64,000 bases of DNA from Candidatus Altimarinota bacterium (GTDB lineage Bacteria; Patescibacteriota; Gracilibacteria; JBDHUY01): positions 1 through 64,000 of the forward strand of contig JBDHUY010000001.1 of NCBI GenBank assembly GCA_039809385.1, written 5' to 3'. Below the pieces are notes generated by a model that was not told the origin of the DNA, made no database searches, and worked only from the letters and a program-made list of their open reading frames with translations. The translations under genes were made by a program, and so were the position numbers. This document shows positions 58,089 through 64,000 of this stretch, piece by piece (the stretch's first letter is position 1; every line of letters begins with the position of its first letter).

Positions 58089-58832
58089 TTACTCTTTGGA
58101 TGACTTTTTCGCTACCTTTGCTGGAAGCAATAAATCCGCAATTTCTTTTTGGGACAACTCCCGATACTGACCGCTGGGCAAATCACCCAAACGCAAAGAG
58201 TCGATGCGAACGCGCCGCAAGGACAAGACACGATACCCGAAATGCTGAAACATCCGTCGCACTTCACGTTTCTGACCTTCATGCAGAACGACCCCGACCA
58301 GCGTTTTATGCGCTTCCTGCTGAAGTATGGTAACCTTGGCAGGAGCCGAGATCAGATCGGGGGTTTTCAAGCCTTGTTCAAGCTTTTGTCGATGTTCTAA
58401 AAGAAGGTTACCTCCGATCAAAACAATATATTCTTTCTCCACCTCGAATTTCGGATGGGTCAAGCGGTACGCCAGATCGCCATTATCTGTCATGAGAAGT
58501 AGCCCCTCAGTCAGATAATCCAGCCGTCCCACCGGAAAAAGATTTCTAAAAGAAGCAGGCAATAACGCATACACGGTTTTACGCTTCTGCGGATCAAAGC
58601 GCGTCGTGACTACTTCAAGGGGCTTATTCAACATGATCGTACGCGAGGGGGAAGATGCTACGGTTATAATTTTCCCCTGATAAACAACGCGATCCGTCTC
58701 CGGCTCAACCGACATGCCCAGCTCGGCGGCCCTCCCATTTACCGAAATCAGACCTTCTTCAATGAGTATCTCGGCTTTTCGTCGCGATACGCCGAGACAG
58801 TCTCGCAAATACTTTTGTAAACGAAGCGACAT
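58089..58832 (-). CDS. RsuA/RluB-family rRNA pseudouridine synthase
   Basis: S4 domain RLQKYL...SRRKAE; LNKP, PVGRLD..TEGLLL.T, EG.KREVRRM. Confidence 0.95.
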   Translation of the reverse strand: MSLRLQKYLRDCLGVSRRKAEILIEEGLISVNGRAAELGMSVEPETDRVVYQGKIITVASSPSRTIMLNKPLEVVTTRFDPQKRKTVYALLPASFRNLFPVGRLDYLTEGLLLMTDNGDLAYRLTHPKFEVEKEYIVLIGGNLLLEHRQKLEQGLKTPDLISAPAKVTILQQEAHKTLVGVVLHEGQKREVRRMFQHFGYRVLSLRRVRIDSLRLGDLPSGQYRELSQKEIADLLLPAKVAKKSSKE

Positions 58833-58960
58833 AGTTAGGTCGGGAGACCGGAGAAGGGAGTTAGGGAAGAAAGAGAATAGAGCTTACAGTCAACAGCTGA
58901 CAGCAAGGCAAAAGTGAGGAATAAGGGCTGACTGCTGTTAGCTGAAGGCTGTTTGCTCTT

Positions 58961-60514
58961 CTACGGCAAGTAGGTCGCATAATCCGGGCCGATCACGATT
59001 TCGATCTCCGGTTCGGTCGGCTGAAGTACCGGCTGGTTTTTATTGCCGTTAAGAACCGGATCAAGAACAGCATCGCGGCGCAAAACGACTTCTCCCCGCA
59101 AAAAAGTTTGTAAAACTTCCTGGGTTACTTTATGCTCGTTTTCGCCTCTGACATAGATTTTGGTCGCGGTATTTTTTTCGTTAGTTTTCAGATTGGAGAC
59201 ATCGCCAACTGTAAAACCGTAGCGGGAAAGTTTGTTCTTAAGCTGATTGCCCAATCCGGTAACTTTGGTTCCGTTGGTAATTTTCAAAGGAATTTTTTCG
59301 ATCAGCATTTCCTGATAGGTGGACAAAATATCCGCCAGGCGGCGAATTTCGGTATAATATTCCGGAGAGGAAGCCGTGCCGCCATTTGGAATAAGCACGG
59401 ATGCGCCTCCGGTCAGGCTGCGATCGGGGGTATACAAGAATCCTCCCACACTAGTACTGTCGTCGGAGAGACCGACGCTCAAAATATTCTGGGAAGGAAT
59501 GTCTTTGGCGATACTGGCGGTACGAATCGCTTCTCCGACATTGATATCGGTTTCGAGATTGTCGATCACAGCGTAATAAAGCTGCTTCAATAACGTAGGA
59601 TTGGTGAGATAATTTTCTTTGAGCGCTTTGGCTTTGAGCGCCGAGATAACGAGTTGCTGGCGGCGGGCACGGTCAAAATCCGAGGTCGAATGGCGGCTGC
59701 GTACGTATTTGAGAGCGGTATCTCCGTCCATATGCTGCGGGCCTTTTTCGACTTTGAATATTTCGTTACGAATAAATACCCCGTTACTGTCTTCCAGCGG
59801 GTACGAAGTATCTACCAGCCGTTCGGGGACGTCGATATCGATCCCTCCCATAATATCGACCACTTCGCGAAACCCCTGGAAATTTACTTTGGCATAGTAT
59901 TGGATATCCAGCCCGGTAATCTTTTTAGCCAATTCCTGCATAGAAGTAATGGCTTCTTCGTGACCACTGTGTCTTTTTACATAATCATACAGCGAGTTGA
60001 TCCGGTCGGTATAGCGGGGGGTGATTTTCACATACAGATCGCGCGGGATCGAAAACAGCGACACCGTTTTTTTAGTATGATCCAGGGACGCGATCATAAT
60101 CGAATCGGTCAGGTCGGGCCCGTCGTGTAACCCTCCTCCTACGCCCAGAAACAAAACATTGGTACGCCCGAAACTGTCGGTTTTAAGATCTTCGCCGAAA
60201 AACGTATTGACGATGTTGGGAATACTGAAATCGAACTTTAGATCGCTGGCCAGCTGATAGCCCAGAAAAGCGCCCCAGGCAATCACGGCAGTCCCGGCCA
60301 GAGCGATCGTATAGCGAAAAATCGTTTTAATCAGCGTATACGGATGCTTAGCGGCTCCGACGCCGGTTTTGGACATAATCTCTTTGGTCTTTTCAAAAAA
60401 ATCGCGGGTCTTTCCCACGGCGGCTTTGGTTTTGTGCAAAGCAGCTTTGGTGGTAGCCTTTAGCTCTTGCACGACCTTGTTCTGTTCTTTTATCTTGCGA
60501 GCTTTGAATTCCAT
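58961..60514 (-). CDS. LCP (LytR-CpsA-Psr) family protein with LytR_C domain
   Basis: TM helix; TDSIM, SIPRDL, AL.YVRSRH.TSDF.R.RRQQ; C-terminal NGT...GL domain. Confidence 0.93.
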   Translation of the reverse strand: MEFKARKIKEQNKVVQELKATTKAALHKTKAAVGKTRDFFEKTKEIMSKTGVGAAKHPYTLIKTIFRYTIALAGTAVIAWGAFLGYQLASDLKFDFSIPNIVNTFFGEDLKTDSFGRTNVLFLGVGGGLHDGPDLTDSIMIASLDHTKKTVSLFSIPRDLYVKITPRYTDRINSLYDYVKRHSGHEEAITSMQELAKKITGLDIQYYAKVNFQGFREVVDIMGGIDIDVPERLVDTSYPLEDSNGVFIRNEIFKVEKGPQHMDGDTALKYVRSRHSTSDFDRARRQQLVISALKAKALKENYLTNPTLLKQLYYAVIDNLETDINVGEAIRTASIAKDIPSQNILSVGLSDDSTSVGGFLYTPDRSLTGGASVLIPNGGTASSPEYYTEIRRLADILSTYQEMLIEKIPLKITNGTKVTGLGNQLKNKLSRYGFTVGDVSNLKTNEKNTATKIYVRGENEHKVTQEVLQTFLRGEVVLRRDAVLDPVLNGNKNQPVLQPTEPEIEIVIGPDYATYLP

Positions 60515-60724
60515 GAAGAAAAGAATCTAAACCGGGGTAACAGATGAGAGGGAGCATCTGTTCGGCGAAAATATGATACTTTGTTTATTTTTTATCTTTT
60601 GTTTAGACCATTGATGTATCGTACGATGCACAAACGACGTTCTTATTGTACGAATTTTAACGGGGAAAAAAAGATTTTGTGATCGAAAAATGAAAAACTT
60701 ACTTTGGTACGAACTTACTTGCCT

Positions 60725-62278
60725 ATGAAACCATCGCAGACCCCGAGATATTTTACACAATCATCGCTGATACAGTTGGGAGCAATCTCGTATACGCTGG
60801 GAATTGCGGTCGGGTTCTTTGTTTCCTGCTCAACCGCACTGGTTTTGGTAGCAACGTGCTGCATTGTAGTAGTGTCATGTGTGTGGAGAGATATGCGGAT
60901 CATAGCAGGAACGGCAATTTTGCTGGCACTGCCGCTGTGCGGAATGATCCGTACCGGCATGGTGCTGGCGCCCCCGCTACAAAACCAGATTGCTTATTAC
61001 AACGGCACACATGCGACTGTCCGGGGCATTATCGCCGTTCCCCCCGATATCCGGGAGGATAAAACACTGCTCACGATTGAAACCGAACGTATCGTATGGC
61101 AAAACCGGGAAGAGACGGTAAGCGGAAAAGTACTGATTCAAACCGGACGCTATTTCGAGGGCGGCTATGGCGACCGGATCAGTGTGAAAGGCCGACTAGC
61201 CACACCACCCGAATTTCCGGATTTTTCGTATAAGAACTATCTGGCTAAGGAAAATATAGGAACGATGATCGAATCGACAAGCGTAAACATTGAAGCATCC
61301 CGCCAAGGCAGCCTTTTTTTCGAATATCTCTATGCAATACGGAAGAGTTTGGAAAACCGCATCAATCTGATCCTGCCCGAACCGCACAGTTCGCTGATGA
61401 GCGGGATTCTGCTGGGAGTACGGCGCAATATTCCCGAGAGATTCTTATCAGATCTTCAGACAACCGGTTTAACTCACATGATCGCGCTGTCCGGATTTAA
61501 TATTACGATTCTCATAACATTTATCGCCGGCGGTCTGCTCAAACGGGCCCGGCCGTTGCTGCGGTATGGCGGAGCGATGGTCATTATTGTGATATTTACG
61601 CTGATGGTGGGCGCCGGACCTTCGATCTTGCGCGCTGCGATCATGGGATTACTGGGGCTTTTGGCGCTGTGGCACGGGCGGACCGCACAGATATTGACGA
61701 TGCTGTTATTGACCTTGGCGGTGATGGTGACTCTGGAGCCGCGTTCGCTCCTCTACGATGTGGGTTTTCAGCTTTCGTTTCTCGCCACGCTGGGTCTGAT
61801 TTTGCTGACCAAACCGCTGGAACCGTTCTTTTCAAAGTTGCCGGAACGATTGGGGATCCGGGAAACCCTCCTGTCTACGTTTGCCGCGCAGATCATGGTG
61901 TTGCCGATCTTGTTTGGCAACTTTGGGCAGGTGTCGCTTATTTCACCCTTGAGCAATCTGGTCGTTCTATGGATCATTCCGCTGACAATGCTGTTGGGAA
62001 GCGCGGCGCTGTTTATCGCCTTTATTCCGCTGGTCGGGATACTGATCGCCAAAATAATAGGATTTGGCTGCTGGTTGTGTTTAACCTATGTAATTCTAGT
62101 GATTCAAGGATTGGCCAAAGTCCCATTGGCTGCGCTGCCGATCACCTGGTGGCGCGACTGGATGAGCTGGCTCTTTTATCTCGTTCTGGCTGCTGAACTA
62201 TGGCGGCGACAGAGGCAAGACAGAAAGAAAGAGAATACCGAAAAGGTACAAACAAGCGCAGCAGAAACAGGCCCATAA
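60725..62278 (+). CDS. comEC: ComEC/Rec2 competence channel (no metallo-beta-lactamase domain)
   Basis: OB/DUF4131 region, GL.H.IALSGFN, S.LRAAIM, D.GFQLSF.AT. Confidence 0.93.
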   Translation: MKPSQTPRYFTQSSLIQLGAISYTLGIAVGFFVSCSTALVLVATCCIVVVSCVWRDMRIIAGTAILLALPLCGMIRTGMVLAPPLQNQIAYYNGTHATVRGIIAVPPDIREDKTLLTIETERIVWQNREETVSGKVLIQTGRYFEGGYGDRISVKGRLATPPEFPDFSYKNYLAKENIGTMIESTSVNIEASRQGSLFFEYLYAIRKSLENRINLILPEPHSSLMSGILLGVRRNIPERFLSDLQTTGLTHMIALSGFNITILITFIAGGLLKRARPLLRYGGAMVIIVIFTLMVGAGPSILRAAIMGLLGLLALWHGRTAQILTMLLLTLAVMVTLEPRSLLYDVGFQLSFLATLGLILLTKPLEPFFSKLPERLGIRETLLSTFAAQIMVLPILFGNFGQVSLISPLSNLVVLWIIPLTMLLGSAALFIAFIPLVGILIAKIIGFGCWLCLTYVILVIQGLAKVPLAALPITWWRDWMSWLFYLVLAAELWRRQRQDRKKENTEKVQTSAAETGP

Positions 62279-62338
62279 GTTTTCCAGAGTGAACCAGTTC
62301 TTTTCATTGCAAACAAGAGAAAATGATGATTGCCTCTT

Positions 62339-62629
62339 TTACTTCCTTGTTCTTTTAAGAGCTTCTTCATAAATCTTGCCATCCTTGCGCTTTCCTATTG
62401 CTATGACAACTACCGTGAGTTTTCCTCGATAAACTGTGTATACAACACGATATATGCTAATCTTGAGTTTGAAATAACCAGTAAGATTACCCCGTAACGG
62501 CTTTCCATATTCCAAGGGATTAGCGCTCAATTTTCCCTCAAGGATTTTTTGAAGCCACAATGCTGTATTTTTTCCCAATGAAGAAAGATCTGTATATGCC
62601 TCTTTTGTTAAAATAACGTTATAGATCAT
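62339..62629 (-). CDS. RelE/ParE-family toxin
   Basis: GKPLRG.L.G.FKL....YRVVY, V.V.AIGKR....IY. Confidence 0.9.
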   Translation of the reverse strand: MIYNVILTKEAYTDLSSLGKNTALWLQKILEGKLSANPLEYGKPLRGNLTGYFKLKISIYRVVYTVYRGKLTVVVIAIGKRKDGKIYEEALKRTRK

Positions 62630-62913
62630 GGTTCATCGGGTAAAGCCTCGAGCATTTTTTGTACCTCTGCGCTGGAGTATACGACGTTCGACGGATTTTT
62701 GATCCGTTCTTTGACGATTTCGGTCAGCCAGGCATCTTCGGCTTCTTCGTCGTCCTGGTACAACTCCAGGGGAAAAGGAATGCCCTTATGGCTGATAACG
62801 GCTTTGACAAAGATATGCATGCCGGAGGATATGTCCAGACCTAATCGATTCAAAATAGCGGCAAATTTTTCTTTATCTTCTTTCTTGATACGACTTTGAA
62901 TGAGAGAAGTCAT
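62626..62913 (-). CDS. RelB/DinJ-family antitoxin
   Basis: IQ.RI....K......L..LGLD.S....IF...V....GIPF; 4-nt overlap with the toxin. Confidence 0.9.
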   Translation of the reverse strand: MTSLIQSRIKKEDKEKFAAILNRLGLDISSGMHIFVKAVISHKGIPFPLELYQDDEEAEDAWLTEIVKERIKNPSNVVYSSAEVQKMLEALPDEP

Positions 62914-62917
62914 ATTA

Positions 62918-62968
62918 TGTATGACAAAAGAAATAGAATCGATGTAATTATAATGAATCTGTCATACA
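62918..62968. promoter_or_regulatory. Putative TA autoregulatory inverted repeat
   Basis: TGTATGACA (62918-62926) ... TGTCATACA (62960-62968) directly upstream of the antitoxin. Confidence 0.55.
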
Positions 62969-63102
62969 AAAACAAACGGATATTAAAGAAATCCGTAACT
63001 CCAAAAAAGCGCGTTGACGTTTGACCATCAGCGTTTAACAATACCAGTCCACTGATTATTCCTTCCAACTTTAGGGACTTTATAGACTGTTAACTATCCC
63101 TC

Positions 63103-63999
63103 CTACCCCACCACCTGCAGCTGCCAGAAGCGGGCATACAATCCTTGCCGCTCAAGCAATTGAGCATGCGTACCACTTTCAATAATCTGTCCCTGATCGA
63201 TAATATAAATCTGGTCGGCTTTGGCCGCGGTCGTCATCTTATGCGTAATGATGAAAACCTTTTTGCCTCTCGTATGCGCCTGCTCTTTCAGCAATTCGAT
63301 CACCGCCGCCTCGTGCTCGGCATCCAACTGGTTGGTACCTTCGTCGAAAATCAGCAGATCGCGATCCTGTAATATCGTCCGGGCGATTGCCAGAAGCTGG
63401 TTTTGACCGGCCGAGAGACGTAGATTTTCCCCGACCAACGTATCCAGCCGATCTTGGGCTCTTTCGATAAAATCCCGCATATACAGGCGATCCAGCAACC
63501 CCCAGATCACGGTCTCTTCGACCGGGCGAGTGAATCCTAACAACAGATTCTCCCGCACCGAAAAATTCTCGAGAATCACCGGCTCCTGCGTAATGATTGA
63601 AATCATAGCGCGTAGCTGATCCGGGGCACAATCGGCATATCCGACTTTGCCATACCGAATCGTTCCGGAAACCATGTCGTAATTTTTCATCATCAGATGC
63701 GTGGCCGTAGTTTTACCGGAACCGTTACGTCCGACCAATGCCGTGACCCGCTCCGGAACAATTTCAAACGAAACATCGCGCAGTACTTCCTTGGGAAACT
63801 CTTCAGCATCGTCCAGTAATTTTTTCCAGGCTTTATTTTCTTCCGACATATAGCGATAGAACTTGGTTTTCCGTTCCAAACGCTCGGATTTGCCGATCAG
63901 GTGGCGCAAATATTTCTTCTCGTCCTCGTGGAGCGGCGGATAGAAAAAACGGATATTCTCAAACACCAGCGGTCCGGAAAAAGATCCGGTATAGAGCTT
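63103..63999 (-). CDS. ABC exporter ATP-binding domain (gene runs off the window end)
   Basis: GRNGSGKTT, LSAGQ.Q, IFDE, ITH motifs; frame open to the window edge. Confidence 0.92.
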   Translation of the reverse strand, partial: KLYTGSFSGPLVFENIRFFYPPLHEDEKKYLRHLIGKSERLERKTKFYRYMSEENKAWKKLLDDAEEFPKEVLRDVSFEIVPERVTALVGRNGSGKTTATHLMMKNYDMVSGTIRYGKVGYADCAPDQLRAMISIITQEPVILENFSVRENLLLGFTRPVEETVIWGLLDRLYMRDFIERAQDRLDTLVGENLRLSAGQNQLLAIARTILQDRDLLIFDEGTNQLDAEHEAAVIELLKEQAHTRGKKVFIITHKMTTAAKADQIYIIDQGQIIESGTHAQLLERQGLYARFWQLQVVG

Positions 64000-64000
64000 A

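Overview
Bacterial chromosomal segment read with the standard genetic code (TGA is used as a stop). Gene content (small TrbC/VirB2-like pilin, ComEC without a metallo-beta-lactamase domain, FtsA-like protein, TrmB regulator, T-rich start regions without Shine-Dalgarno sites) suggests a Patescibacteria/CPR genome, possibly Peregrinibacteria-like; this is inference. The housekeeping scaffold is a class A PBP, ftsA-like, CCA-adding enzyme, rsmI, tRNA-Ser(TGA), lysS, murA, dnaB, a P-type ATPase, dus, a pseudouridine synthase, an LCP protein and comEC. Accessory material includes the end of an IS30 element, large orphan membrane/secreted proteins (one is a PP2C-like phosphatase with a TM helix), three RelBE/DinJ-YafQ pairs (two inactivated) and RhuM relics. 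Main highlights: (1) a ~9.6 kb co-oriented array of about 16 small stress/resistance genes (including arr) downstream of tRNA-Ser, punctuated by three ~95-bp REPIN-like elements, each directly upstream of an apparently 5'-truncated gene remnant; (2) an AT-rich module behind a TrpR-like repressor with a near-canonical Trp operator, encoding a possible class-Ic aaRS/CDPS-like orphan, an amino-acid racemase and a frameshifted GHMP-like/HTH protein; (3) a RodZ-C-like domain inserted in the PBP transglycosylase domain; (4) intergenic-type repeat DNA inserted in frame into the P-type ATPase. All calls come from motif recognition by eye; no searches were run.
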